This document shows positions 20,174 through 30,108 of a DNA stretch of 64,000 nt, in pieces. The notes under the pieces are model-generated. The model did not search any database. It was not told where the DNA came from and saw only the letters and a program-made list of their open reading frames with translations. The stretch is from contig CBDCKN010000015.1 in the NCBI GenBank assembly GCA_965218295.1, positions 352,001-416,000 of the forward strand, written 5' to 3'. Numbering within the stretch: position 1 is the first letter of the stretch; each line of letters opens with the position of its first letter. Position numbers and translations under genes: made by a program. The DNA is from Longimicrobiales bacterium (GTDB lineage: Bacteria > Gemmatimonadota > Gemmatimonadetes > Longimicrobiales > Gaopeijiaceae).

Positions 20174-20863
20174 ATGGCGAAACTCGATTATCACGGTCAC
20201 GCGACTTTCACGCTTACCACCGATGACGGCACCCGCATCGTCATCGACCCGTTCTTCGACGGCAACCCCTGGACGGAGATCCAAGCCGCCGATGTCGAGG
20301 CCGACTTCATTTTCTGCACCCACGGCCACGAAGATCACTTCGCCGATGCCATCCCCATCGCCAGGGCCACGGGTGCGACGCTGGTGGGGAGCTTCGAGCT
20401 GGTCAGCTACGCACAGAGCCAGGGCATCGAGAATGCCCACCCCATGCACATCGGTGGCGGTTGGGACTTCCCCTTCGGCCGGGTGAAGATGACGATCGCC
20501 CACCATGGGGGGCTGATACATGGCGAGGGGGCCGAGGGCTTCACGACCAACCCCGCGGGCCTGCTCTTCGACCTGGGCCCGGGCAAGCGGCTCTACCATG
20601 CCGGAGACACGGCCTTGACCATGGACATGCAGCTTCTGAAGGGGAAGGTGGACGTGGCGCTCCTTCCTATCGGCGACAACTTCACCATGGGGCCGGAGGA
20701 CGCTGTGACGGCCATCGAGTTCATCGGTCCGTCGGTGGTGATCCCGATCCACTACAACACCTGGCCCTACATCGACCAAAACGCTGAGGACTTCCGCACG
20801 CTGGTCGGGGACCGGGCCACCGTCGAGGTCGTCGAGCCGGGCCAGGGCTCGTACGAGTTCTGA
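20174..20863 (+). CDS. Metal-dependent hydrolase, metallo-beta-lactamase fold (UPF0173-like)
   Basis: THGHEDH, YHAGDT, LLPIGDNFTMGP, PIHYNT. Confidence 0.88.
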   Translation: MAKLDYHGHATFTLTTDDGTRIVIDPFFDGNPWTEIQAADVEADFIFCTHGHEDHFADAIPIARATGATLVGSFELVSYAQSQGIENAHPMHIGGGWDFPFGRVKMTIAHHGGLIHGEGAEGFTTNPAGLLFDLGPGKRLYHAGDTALTMDMQLLKGKVDVALLPIGDNFTMGPEDAVTAIEFIGPSVVIPIHYNTWPYIDQNAEDFRTLVGDRATVEVVEPGQGSYEF

Positions 20864-20912
20864 GCGCCGTTCCTGACGCGGCTCGCCCCACTTCTTCAAC
20901 AGGCCCCTAGCC

Positions 20913-21734
20913 GTGGCATCGACTGCGCAGGCCATCCGCCGCGCGAGGAGCGCGCCCGACACGGGGGCGCTCCGCTGGCGGGTCCTTGTGGACGCGCCGG
21001 CTTCGGGGGCGGTGAACATGGCCGTGGACCATGCCTTGGCCCGCTGTCTCGGCCAGGGGGAGGGCGTGCTTCGGCTCTATCGATGGGCCACACCCACCGT
21101 CTCGTTTGGCCGGAACGAACCCGCTCGTGGACGGTGCGACCTCGAGATCGCCCGGCGAGCTAGCATCGACTTTGTGCGCCGTCCGACAGGGGGACGGGCC
21201 GTGCTCCACGACAGAGAGCTCACGTATGCCGTGGCTCTTCCGGTGACCAGCGGTATGAGCCTGCGGGCCGTATACCGGATGGTGAACGAGGGGCTCGTGA
21301 AGGCCCTGGATGCGCTGGGTGTACCGGCCTCCACGGCGCCGGCGGAGGGCCGGGCTCTCCCTCCTGCCGCCGGCCCGTGCTTCAGGCGGCCCTCGGAGGG
21401 CGAGGTGACGGTGGCGGGCAGGAAACTCGTTGGAAGCGCGCAGGCCCGTATCGGGAGCGCGATCCTGCAACACGGCTCCCTGTTGTTGGGTCCGGGGCAG
21501 GAGCGGCTTGCGGACTTGCGGGGCGAGGTCGAGGAGGCTTCCGACCCGACCTGCCTTGAGGAAATCCTGGACGGGGTGCCTTCCTGGGACGTTCTTGTAG
21601 GGACGGTCACAGCGGGACTGAGCGAGGTTCTGAGCGGAGAGTGGCATCAGGCAGTGCTCACGGAGGCAGAGCGGGGGCAGGCTCGAGCACTCCAGACGCA
21701 CTATGTGTCGACGGAGTGGACGTGGCGCCGGTAA
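20913..21734 (+). CDS. Lipoate-protein ligase A / LipM family protein
   Basis: NMAVDHAL, LRLYRW, RRPTGGRAVLHD, RKLVGSAQ, LQHGS; next to gcvH/P. Confidence 0.88.
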   Translation: MASTAQAIRRARSAPDTGALRWRVLVDAPASGAVNMAVDHALARCLGQGEGVLRLYRWATPTVSFGRNEPARGRCDLEIARRASIDFVRRPTGGRAVLHDRELTYAVALPVTSGMSLRAVYRMVNEGLVKALDALGVPASTAPAEGRALPPAAGPCFRRPSEGEVTVAGRKLVGSAQARIGSAILQHGSLLLGPGQERLADLRGEVEEASDPTCLEEILDGVPSWDVLVGTVTAGLSEVLSGEWHQAVLTEAERGQARALQTHYVSTEWTWRR

Positions 21735-21786
21735 GTGATCCCGATGCCTACAGGCACATACTGGCTGATGCCGTAGGAGAGCTGGG

Positions 21787-23574
21787 ATGAGACAGTCGAG
21801 GTGGGCATTATTGATAACCGCAGCCGCGTTCTCGGGAGCGTGCGCCGGTGGGGAGGGTAGCCCTTCCACAGAGGCGGTGCCGTGGAGCTTGGATCGGGGC
21901 GTGGCGGAGATCGGAGACGGTATACCGTTCTGCGATGCCGCCATGGCTAATGTCGCCGAGTTCATGGGGCGGTTCGAGGGACAGCTTCCCCCCGACGACC
22001 GCTACGGCGGTGTGGCTGTCGTGGGCTCGATCGGTGAGCTCACCGACGGCATGAACGGGCACGTTTCACAACTGTATTCGTCCACACAGCACCAGAACTT
22101 CGTCAACCAGATGACCCTGGTGCAGTACGGAGATCTGAATCCGATCCCTTACCTGGCCGAGTCCTGGGAGGTCTCCGACGACAACACGGAGATCACCTTT
22201 CACGTCCGGGACGACGTCTACTGGCACGACGGCGAGCTCACCGACGCCTACGACGTTGCCTACACCTACGAGCGGGCCATCGACCCGGCAACGGGGTTCC
22301 CGAACTCCACGTTCTGGACACACTACGATCAGGGACCCGGTGGGGTGGAGGTGGTCGACTCGTTCACCGTGAAGTTCCGCATGCGTCCCCACGCCGACTT
22401 CATCGACCCGTGGCGCACGACCACCATCATGCCGCGGCATCTGCTCGAGGACGTCCCCTCCGCGGAGCTGAGACAGCATCCCTACGGTACGGTTTGCCCT
22501 GTCGGGAACGGCCCCTTCGTTTTCGTGCAACACAGGCAGGACGCGAGCTGGACGTTCCAGGCGAGTCCGGCCTTCCCCGAGGGGTTGGGCGGCCGGCCGT
22601 TCCTCGACCGGCTGGTGTACCGGATCATCCTGGAGCAGACGACTCTCCTGACTGAGCTGCTCACCGAGAACATCGACGTCCAGATCGCGCCCCGGCCGGA
22701 CCAGGCTCAGGCGATCCTCGACTCGGACGCCCTGGAGCTCCTTCGCTATTCTCGACGGCAGTACGTCTTCGTGGGGTGGAACGCTCGTCGTCCCCAGCTC
22801 GCCGACAAGAGGGTCCGACAGGCGATCACGAAGGGTACGAATCGTCAGGAGATCGTGGACGCCCTCCTCCAGGGCTACGGACGGGTCGCCAACGGAAGTG
22901 TGCCACCCTTTCACTGGGCCTATGACGAGTCGGTCGGGGCGGACGCCGCGGCATACGACCAGGATGCGGCTAGGGCCCTCCTGGATGAGGCCGGGTGGAT
23001 CGACCGGGACGGCGACGGGGTTCGGGAGAACGCTCAGGGTGTCCCCCTTGCCATCACGATCAAGTACAACTCGGCGAACCAGCAGCGTCAGGACATAGCC
23101 GAGATCATGCAGGCCCAGCTCGCCGAGATCGGCATCGAGGTCACCCCGGCCGTGGTGGAGATCTCGACGCTCATCGGCCAGCTCACCGATTCCGAGGCGC
23201 GGGACTTCGACGCTGTGGTCATGGGCTGGGTCATCGACTTCAAGCTCGACGACACCGACTTCTTTCACAGTACCAAGATCGACGGCCCCTACGCATGGTC
23301 CGGCACGAATCGTCCGGATATGGACGTCTACATGGACCGGCTTCCGTTGATTCTCGATCGGGAGGAGGCTAGGCCCGTCTGGAGTGAGTACGAAGCGCTC
23401 GTCGTAGACGAGCAACCCTACACGTTCTTCTGGTTCCCGGACCGGCTGGACGGCGTGAACCGGCGGCTTCAGGATGTCGTCATGGACGCTCGGGGGGAGT
23501 GGCTGAACGCGAAGGACTGGTGGATTCCGGCCGATCGACGGAGGGGCAGTGTGACCCGGGAGCGTGGTAGGTGA
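21787..23574 (+). CDS. Peptide/nickel ABC transporter substrate-binding lipoprotein (family 5)
   Basis: Lipobox SGAC; PYLAESWEVS, WHDGELTDAYDV, VGNGPF, DKRVRQAI. Confidence 0.9.
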   Translation: MRQSRWALLITAAAFSGACAGGEGSPSTEAVPWSLDRGVAEIGDGIPFCDAAMANVAEFMGRFEGQLPPDDRYGGVAVVGSIGELTDGMNGHVSQLYSSTQHQNFVNQMTLVQYGDLNPIPYLAESWEVSDDNTEITFHVRDDVYWHDGELTDAYDVAYTYERAIDPATGFPNSTFWTHYDQGPGGVEVVDSFTVKFRMRPHADFIDPWRTTTIMPRHLLEDVPSAELRQHPYGTVCPVGNGPFVFVQHRQDASWTFQASPAFPEGLGGRPFLDRLVYRIILEQTTLLTELLTENIDVQIAPRPDQAQAILDSDALELLRYSRRQYVFVGWNARRPQLADKRVRQAITKGTNRQEIVDALLQGYGRVANGSVPPFHWAYDESVGADAAAYDQDAARALLDEAGWIDRDGDGVRENAQGVPLAITIKYNSANQQRQDIAEIMQAQLAEIGIEVTPAVVEISTLIGQLTDSEARDFDAVVMGWVIDFKLDDTDFFHSTKIDGPYAWSGTNRPDMDVYMDRLPLILDREEARPVWSEYEALVVDEQPYTFFWFPDRLDGVNRRLQDVVMDARGEWLNAKDWWIPADRRRGSVTRERGR

Positions 23575-24213
23575 CCACGTACATATTGAGGAGGCTCCTG
23601 GGCGCTGTTCCCCTGGTCCTGGGGATCGCCACCATCATCTTCTTCGTCGTGAACCTGGCGCCGGGGGATCCGGCGCTCCGGTACATGAACCCGAATCTGT
23701 CCCCTGAGACTTTGGAGCAGATTCGGGTCAATATGGGCCTGGACCGGCCCGTCCACGTCCGATACGTGAAATGGATGGCGGCCCTGGACCCGGGGTGACC
23801 TGGGATACTCCTTCACCCGGAATCGGCCGGTCCTGGACATCATGAAGGAGATCCTGCCCAATACGCTCCTCCTGTCCGTGACGGCCATCGGGATCGCCTT
23901 CGTCGTAGGGATTCTGCTGGGCATCATCCAGGCCGTCCGGCAGTACTCGATTCTCGACTCGATCACCTCGGTCCTGGCCCTGTTCTTCTACTCCATGCCG
24001 TCGTTCTGGCTGGCGTTGATGATGGTGCTCACGTTCAGCCTCTTCGCACGGAACGTGTGGGACTGGCCCATCTGGTTCCCTGCTTCGGACATCCAGGACA
24101 TGGCCCGTTATCCCTTCATGACTGTCTGGGAGAAAGTGCAGGATCGTCTCTGGCACCTTGCGCTCCCGGCCACGTCTTTGGCGCTCGTTCTGGCAGCCGG
24201 GATCGCGCGCTAC
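23571..24213 (+). pseudogene. oppB: Peptide ABC permease (OppB/DppB), frameshifted at ~23787 and 3'-truncated
   Basis: YILRRLL...LAPGDP...GLDRP in one frame; continues GDLGYSFTRNRPV...SMPSFWLAL...HLALPA..AGIARY in another frame, then stops matching. Confidence 0.85.
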
Positions 24214-24955
24214 TCTCAACCCGGTCTTTACGGTAGGGAATCAGATCGCCGAGGCCCTGAGGACACACCGGGGCCTCAACAAGCGAGATGCCCGGAAGGT
24301 GAGCGTCGGGTTGCTCAAAGAGGTCGGTATTCCGGACCCCGACCAGCGCTTCGACGAGTATCCCCATCAGCTCTCCGGGGGGATGCGGCAGAGGGTCATG
24401 ATCGCCATGGCCCTGTCGTGCGAGCCCAGGCTCCTGATCGCCGACGAGCCCACAACCGCTCTGGACGTCACCATCCAGGCCCAGATCCTGGATCTCCTCG
24501 CCGGACTGAGACGGACGCACGGGATGGCGGTCCTCCTCATCACACACGACCTGGGCGTGGTCGCGGAGGTGTGCGATCGAGTGGTCGTCATGTATGCAGG
24601 GCAGGTGATGGAGACGGGCACCGTAGATGAGATCTTCGCAGATCCCCGGCATCCCTACACGCAGGGGCTGCTGGCCTCCCTGCCCGAGCTCGGAGGGCGA
24701 GATCGGGAGCTCCATCCGATCCCGGGGGTCGTACCGAGTCCTGTGAGCTGGCCGGGGGCGTGCCGCTTCAAAGAGCGCTGTCCATTCACGTGGGAACGCT
24801 GCCACCGGGAGATGCCCGGGCTGCTGACCGTCGGCGGGGAGGCGGGACGGTCCGCTCGCTGCTGGCTCATGGACGATGCCGAGCCGGACTCGAGTTCCCC
24901 CCACTCGACGGCGGCGGGATCGCCCCCCCCTGGTCCCACCGGAAAGCTCTCATGA
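24214..24955 (+). pseudogene. oppD: Peptide ABC ATP-binding subunit (OppD/DppD), 5'-truncated
   Basis: Begins at LNPVFTVG; has [12 protein letters not shown] and [15 protein letters not shown] but no Walker A and no start. Confidence 0.85.
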
Positions 24956-25974
24956 CTCCCGGATCGGGGAACGGAAACGGGGCTTCGGGTGAGATCCTCC
25001 TGGACGTGCGGAACCTGAAGAAGTACTTCCCCGTCCGCAGGGGCATCCTCGGTCAAACGGTGGGCCATGTGAAGGCGGTGGACGGGGTAAGCTTCCAGCT
25101 CCGTCGTGGTGAGACTCTGGGACTCGTCGGCGAGTCCGAGTGCGGCAAGTCCACCACGGGCCGGGCCATCTTGCGCCTTATCGAGCCGACTGCCGGACAG
25201 GTGATCTTCGATGGGGAGGATCTCGCCACGCTGGACCACGATCGGCTACGCGCACTTCGGAGGCGAGCGCAGATCGTCTTTCAAGACCCCATCAGCTCCT
25301 TGAATCCCCGCATGACCGTCGGCACCATGCTCCGGGAGGTGCTCAAGGTCCACAGACTGGCGCCCAAGGGCCCGGCCCGCTCCCGGCGGGTCAGTGAACT
25401 GCTGGAGATCGTGGGCCTACATCCCGAGGACGCCGACCGCTACCCCCACGAGTTCAGCGGTGGCCAGCGACAGAGGATCGGCATCGCCCGCGCTCTGGCA
25501 GTCGAGCCGGACTTCATGGTGTGTGACGAGCCCGTTTCTGCGCTGGACGTGTCGGTCCAGGCCCAAGTCATCAACCTTCTCCGGAATCTCCAAAAGGAGT
25601 TCGGCCTCACCTACCTCTTCATCGCCCACGACTTGGCCGTGGTAGAGCACGTGAGTGATCACGTGGCGGTGATGTACCTGGGCAAGATCGTGGAGTCGGG
25701 CACGGCCGAGGACCTATATGGGTCTCCCCAGCACCCGTACACGAAGGCCCTCCTCTCGGCTGTGCCGAGACCCGATCCGAAAGCGGCACGGGCCCGGCAG
25801 CGTATCATGCTTTCCGGAGACGTGCCGAGCCCCATGAATCCTCCCTCGGGGTGTCCGTTCCATCCTCGCTGTCCGCATCCGGGGAAGGATGAGGAGTGCA
25901 GCCGCGTCGTTCCTCCGTTGGAGGAAAAGGCGGCCGGTCATTTCACGGCCTGTATCAAAGGTGCGATGCCGTAG
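24952..25974 (+). CDS. oppF: Peptide ABC ATP-binding subunit (OppF/DppF)
   Basis: KAVDGVSF, Walker [10 protein letters not shown] (atypical Glu), [27 protein letters not shown]. Confidence 0.88.
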   Translation: MTPGSGNGNGASGEILLDVRNLKKYFPVRRGILGQTVGHVKAVDGVSFQLRRGETLGLVGESECGKSTTGRAILRLIEPTAGQVIFDGEDLATLDHDRLRALRRRAQIVFQDPISSLNPRMTVGTMLREVLKVHRLAPKGPARSRRVSELLEIVGLHPEDADRYPHEFSGGQRQRIGIARALAVEPDFMVCDEPVSALDVSVQAQVINLLRNLQKEFGLTYLFIAHDLAVVEHVSDHVAVMYLGKIVESGTAEDLYGSPQHPYTKALLSAVPRPDPKAARARQRIMLSGDVPSPMNPPSGCPFHPRCPHPGKDEECSRVVPPLEEKAAGHFTACIKGAMP

Positions 25975-25983
25975 AGCCGGGGG

Positions 25984-26012
25984 TTGACAGGGTTGTCGGC
26001 CCGCTCCACAAT
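25984..26012 (+). promoter_or_regulatory. Sigma70-type promoter of the exbB-like gene
   Basis: TTGACA-17 nt-CACAAT. Confidence 0.5.
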
Positions 26013-26084
26013 TCGGACTCCTTGAAAAATCAGGAGGTCTTGGCCTCCCGCTTATCGGGCCGGGACGTGTAGTGGAAACATTTT

Positions 26085-26801
26085 GTGCTGGAGGTCCCCT
26101 TGGTTGGTTTGATGCGTGTCTACAGTGCCCTGATGCAGCTCCCTGGGTTGGATCAGCCGGATCAGACCCTCGGAGAGCGGATGCAGTTCGTCTGGGACGA
26201 GACCGGCTTCATGCGCTACCCGTTGGCCCTCTGCGTGGTCATCGGTTTCATCGTCATCATTTGGAAGTTCTTCGATCTGCTCATGAAATCCTCCCGGACG
26301 AAGAAGATCCTCGGTGAGGTCGACGAGCTCTTGGGCCAACATCGGATCGACGAGGCGCTCGAAGCTACCCGGAATTCTGACGCCCCTGCCGCGAAGATCC
26401 TCTATGCTGGCCTCGATCGGCACGAGGAGGGCACGGAGCGTGTGATGAAGGCCATTGAGAACCAGGGTCTCATCGAGCTCAGCAAGCTCGAGAAGGGACT
26501 GGTGGTTCTGGCGACGCTGACCAATGTCGCGCCGCTCCTCGGCTTTCTCGGGACGGTGATCGGGATGATCATCGCGTTCCAGTCCATCGAGGCGGCCGGA
26601 GAGGTAGAGGCTACCCTGGTGGCTGGAGGGATCAAAGTGGCGCTCCTCACAACGGCGGCCGGACTGGTGATCGCCATTCCGGTGAGCATCTCGCACAACT
26701 ACTTCGTGTCGCGGATCGATAGCCTGGTCATCGACATGGAGGAGTCGGCACAAAAGATGATCGATGCTCTCCATGCCATGGAGGCGGATCGAGCCGGTTA
26801 G
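26085..26801 (+). CDS. MotA/TolQ/ExbB proton channel family protein
   Basis: APLLGFLGTVIGMI, GGIKVALLTTAAGLVIAIP; start uncertain. Confidence 0.9.
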   Translation: MLEVPLVGLMRVYSALMQLPGLDQPDQTLGERMQFVWDETGFMRYPLALCVVIGFIVIIWKFFDLLMKSSRTKKILGEVDELLGQHRIDEALEATRNSDAPAAKILYAGLDRHEEGTERVMKAIENQGLIELSKLEKGLVVLATLTNVAPLLGFLGTVIGMIIAFQSIEAAGEVEATLVAGGIKVALLTTAAGLVIAIPVSISHNYFVSRIDSLVIDMEESAQKMIDALHAMEADRAG

Positions 26802-26830
26802 TAGCCTGGCGCTGGCTCAGCGAGCGCAGG

Positions 26831-26869
26831 AGGGGGCCACCCGGCAGGGGGGGTGGCCCCTCTTTTTTT
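26831..26869 (+). terminator. Rho-independent terminator
   Basis: GGGGCCACCC...GGGTGGCCCC stem followed by TCTTTTTTT. Confidence 0.85.
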
Positions 26870-26932
26870 CTATCTAGCCGATCGAAGGGCACTTCCGGGC
26901 CCCTGTGCCCTATTCTTAGTACGTAGAGTCGT

Positions 26933-29350
26933 TTGCTTAGCTCGGTACGAATCGGTGGGGTTGGCAGCACGGTGAGATTCGGCGGTTTACTTCTTCTCCT
27001 CGCCCTCCTCGGAGCCGGCTCTTCCGGCCCGCAGGCCTGGAGGACCTCCCCTGGACCGCAGGCGCGGAGCACCTCCCTTGGACCGAGGCCGGCCGATACC
27101 CTCGGTACCACCGCGGCCGATCTTGTCCTGGACTCGGCCAGGGCCGAGCTGGCCGCTGGCCGCTACTGGCACGTGAGTCGCCTGCTGCGGTCGAGGAACC
27201 AAGGGGGCGACCGTACCGATCCTTCGGAGACCCTTCTTCTGGCTCGTGCGGATGCGGGCTGGAAGAACTGGCCCGGGGTGGTTGAGGGCCTCGAGGGAGT
27301 CGACTGGCTGGATGAGCTGGAGGGTGGCGAGGGCCGCCGGCTGCTGGGCCGTGGGCTGGAGGCGGCCGAGCGCTGGGACGCCGCCGCCGAGAGCTTCGCT
27401 CGATTCCGGGAGACCGGACTGAGTAGGAGTGCGGTGGCGCCGGAGGCGTCACGGGAGGCCCGGTCCTCGGCTCGGGCCGGCCGATGGGAGTCAGTTTTGG
27501 AGGCCGTGGAGGCTGCCGGTGAAGAGTCGTCGGAGCTGGTGGGCTGGACTGCCCTGGACGTCGCGGAGTGGATGTCCGACAACGGTGACGTGGAGCGCGT
27601 CGTGGAGTTGCTTCCGTGGATACGGCGAGACTCCGCGGCGGCGGACATCGCATGGGAGGTCGAGGCCCGGACCCTTCTCGTGGCCGGGGACTCCACTCGA
27701 GCCTTGGACGCGTATCTGCAGACCCTGGAAGCCGAGACCAGGGCCTCGCGTCGCGGGCGGGCCTTCTCGACGGTGGGAGCGCTGAGGCTCGCGCGGAGAG
27801 ACTCCGCCGGAGCGCGGCAGGCGTTCCAAGCCTCACTGGCCGTCCATCCTCGCGGCGCCAGCGGTGCACGGGCCGCGGCCGCATTGCTCGACATGGGCGA
27901 CTTGGATGCCGATCTCACGCTTCTGGCTGCCCAGACTCTCGATCGTGCCGGGGACAGTCGACGCTCCCTGGTGGCCTACAGACGATACGAGGATCTGCTG
28001 CCGGACTCGATGGCCATGGATCCGGAAGTGGGGTTGGTCATGGCCCGTCTCCTCTCTGCAGTGGGGCAGCGCGATGCGGCGGTCCGTGAATTCCGGCTCC
28101 TCGTCGAGACCGACGATCCCGAGTTCGAGCTCCGCGTGCTCGATCAGTGGCTCCGGACGCGTAGGCGCCAGGGGCGGCGCGATGCCGCCCGCACGATCCA
28201 GGGCTGGATCATCGAGCGCTTTCCCGAGAGCCGCCAGGCCGTCGACATCGTGTTCGCACGGGCGGCGGCGGCTCAGGATGGGGGGGCATATGCCGAGGCT
28301 GCCGCCGGGTTCGAGAGAGCCATGACCATGGCTCCATCTCTCAGCTCCGCCGGTCACGCCCGGATGCGCCTAGGGCAGATCCACCTCCTGCGTAACGACG
28401 TCGTTGCGGCAGCCGCGGTATTCCAGGCGTATCTGGACGACTTCCCGGACGGCCGGCGGTGGGAGCAGGCGGCGTACTGGGCTGCCCGGAGTCTCGAGGC
28501 GCTGGGAAAGGATCGGGAGGCCAGGGGGTACCTGGACATGATTCGGGAGAGGAATCCGGTGTCCTACTACGGGGTTCTCGTTTCGGAGCGCCTCGAAGAG
28601 CCGTACGACCCCCCGGTCCCCACGGGGCCGGTCTCCGATCCACCCGAGTGGCTACGAGCTGGCCTGTCCACGGTGGATCTCCTGACCGCCGCCGGCCTCG
28701 ACGATGGTGCGGAGAGCTTGGTGGCCCAGCTCATCGCGCGTGCAGACGGCTCGGTGCCGGTGAGCCTGGATCTAGCCGACAACCTGATCGAACGTGGCTT
28801 CACCATCGACGGGATAAACGTGGGCTGGAAGCTGCTGGGGGAGGGGAGCCCCTACAGCCGGCGACTCCTGCGGGTGCTCTATCCGTTCCCTTATCGGGAG
28901 ATCGTGACGCGAGAGGCGGAGGAGGCGGGCATCGAACCCTTCTTCCTTGCGTCCCTGATCCGGCAGGAGTCGGCGTTCACGCTGGCGATCCACTCCCCCG
29001 CGGGCGCCATCGGCCTCATGCAGGTGATGCCGGAGACGGGACGCGAGCTGGCCAGGGGACAGGGGATGCGGGGATTCACCCCGGCCAGCCTGGAGACGGC
29101 GGAAATCAACCTGCACCTGGGCACGACGTTCTGGGTGGACATGGAGCGTCGCTACGGTGACGGCAATCTGCCACTGGCGCTCTCGGCGTACAACGCCGGC
29201 CCGACGCGAGCGCGAAGATGGAGGCAGCTTCCGGAGGCTGAAGATCCCCTGAGGTTCACCGAGCGGATCCCCTTCGACGAGACTCGCGGCTACGTCAAGA
29301 ACATCACCCGCAACATCCAACTGTACCGGTTTCTCTACGGAGAGGACTGA
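26933..29350 (+). CDS. Soluble lytic murein transglycosylase (Slt-like) with TPR-like repeats
   Basis: C-terminal SLT motifs IRQESAF, AGAIGLMQVMPET, AYNAGP, ETRGYV; long helical N-terminus; start uncertain. Confidence 0.88.
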   Translation: MLSSVRIGGVGSTVRFGGLLLLLALLGAGSSGPQAWRTSPGPQARSTSLGPRPADTLGTTAADLVLDSARAELAAGRYWHVSRLLRSRNQGGDRTDPSETLLLARADAGWKNWPGVVEGLEGVDWLDELEGGEGRRLLGRGLEAAERWDAAAESFARFRETGLSRSAVAPEASREARSSARAGRWESVLEAVEAAGEESSELVGWTALDVAEWMSDNGDVERVVELLPWIRRDSAAADIAWEVEARTLLVAGDSTRALDAYLQTLEAETRASRRGRAFSTVGALRLARRDSAGARQAFQASLAVHPRGASGARAAAALLDMGDLDADLTLLAAQTLDRAGDSRRSLVAYRRYEDLLPDSMAMDPEVGLVMARLLSAVGQRDAAVREFRLLVETDDPEFELRVLDQWLRTRRRQGRRDAARTIQGWIIERFPESRQAVDIVFARAAAAQDGGAYAEAAAGFERAMTMAPSLSSAGHARMRLGQIHLLRNDVVAAAAVFQAYLDDFPDGRRWEQAAYWAARSLEALGKDREARGYLDMIRERNPVSYYGVLVSERLEEPYDPPVPTGPVSDPPEWLRAGLSTVDLLTAAGLDDGAESLVAQLIARADGSVPVSLDLADNLIERGFTIDGINVGWKLLGEGSPYSRRLLRVLYPFPYREIVTREAEEAGIEPFFLASLIRQESAFTLAIHSPAGAIGLMQVMPETGRELARGQGMRGFTPASLETAEINLHLGTTFWVDMERRYGDGNLPLALSAYNAGPTRARRWRQLPEAEDPLRFTERIPFDETRGYVKNITRNIQLYRFLYGED

Positions 29351-29378
29351 GCGTGCCGCACGCTCCCGCAGGGTCTCC

Positions 29379-29408
29379 TTGACGGTGGACCCGTCCAGTG
29401 CCTAACCT
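29379..29408 (+). promoter_or_regulatory. Sigma70-type promoter of the cold-shock gene, implying a ~95 nt 5' leader
   Basis: TTGACG-18 nt-TAACCT; leader contains hairpin CGGGTC-GGCA-GACCCG. Confidence 0.45.
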
Positions 29409-29507
29409 TTCGGAGCGGGTCGGCAGACCCGGTCGTCGCCCTCGGCCGGATCGAGAGCCCGGGGCGCCGGAGAGCTAGTGTTTCATGCTGCAGAAGGAGT
29501 AGTCGGA

Positions 29508-29708
29508 ATGTCCAAAGGGACGGTCAAATGGTTCAACGATTCGAAGGGGTATGGCTTCATCTCTCAGCCGGAGGGTGAGGACGTTTTCGTCCACTTTTCG
29601 GCCATCGCGGGAGACGGGTTTCGAACTCTCACGGAGGGCGAGGAAGTGGAATTCGACGTGGCCACGACTGAGAAGGGGTGCCAAGCCTCGAACGTAATCA
29701 AGGCCTAG
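29508..29708 (+). CDS. cspA: Cold-shock protein
   Basis: [15 protein letters not shown] (RNP1), DVFVHFSAI (RNP2); AAGGAG SD. Confidence 0.96.
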   Translation: MSKGTVKWFNDSKGYGFISQPEGEDVFVHFSAIAGDGFRTLTEGEEVEFDVATTEKGCQASNVIKA

Positions 29709-29730
29709 ACGCTCCTTAACCCAAGCAGTA

Positions 29731-29768
29731 GCGCCCCGCGGACGAGACGGTCCGCGGGGCGTTTTTTT
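29731..29768 (+). terminator. Rho-independent terminator
   Basis: CGCCCCGCGGAC/GTCCGCGGGGCG 12 bp stem followed by T7. Confidence 0.9.
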
Positions 29769-29890
29769 AGTTGCCCCGGCGCAGCGAGATCGAGCCGTCT
29801 CCGGTCCTCACGTCGATGGTCGGCCCGCCGCCGTTCAGCGTCCCCTGGACCGAGTGCTCCCGGATTCGGCCCAGACAGCTCCAGTCCCTG
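29767..29890 (-). pseudogene. C-terminal remnant of a DUF4097-like (beta-repeat/adhesin) protein
   Basis: GRIREHSVQGTLNGGGPTIDVRTGDGSISLRRGN* resembles the end of DUF4097 proteins; no upstream coding region. Confidence 0.6.
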
Positions 29891-30070
29891 TGCGACGCTA
29901 GTTGGGTGGTGTGTTCATCGTTTCCCCTGCGTCGAGATGGAGCTGCCTTGTGGTCCCCGTTGGACCGTGCGGGCATCGTGAAGGTTGGAACCTCCCGGGC
30001 CCACTGAGGGCGCTGGCAGGGTGTCGGCCGCGTGTCTAGATTGCTCCGCCTATGACGTTTGGTCGGCAGT

Positions 30071-30106
30071 TTGGTGGCTCGCGAACTTCGGCAACGGAAC
30101 ACTAGC
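30071..30106 (+). repeat. Solo copy of the right end of the MITE-like element at 46481-46647
   Basis: TTGGTGGCTCGCGAACTTCGGCAACGGAACACTAGC is 35/36 identical to 46613-46648. Confidence 0.85.
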
Positions 30107-30108
30107 GC

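Noticed and set aside
16779..21734. gcvT missing from the gcvH-gcvP cluster
   Set aside because: Split gcv loci are common.
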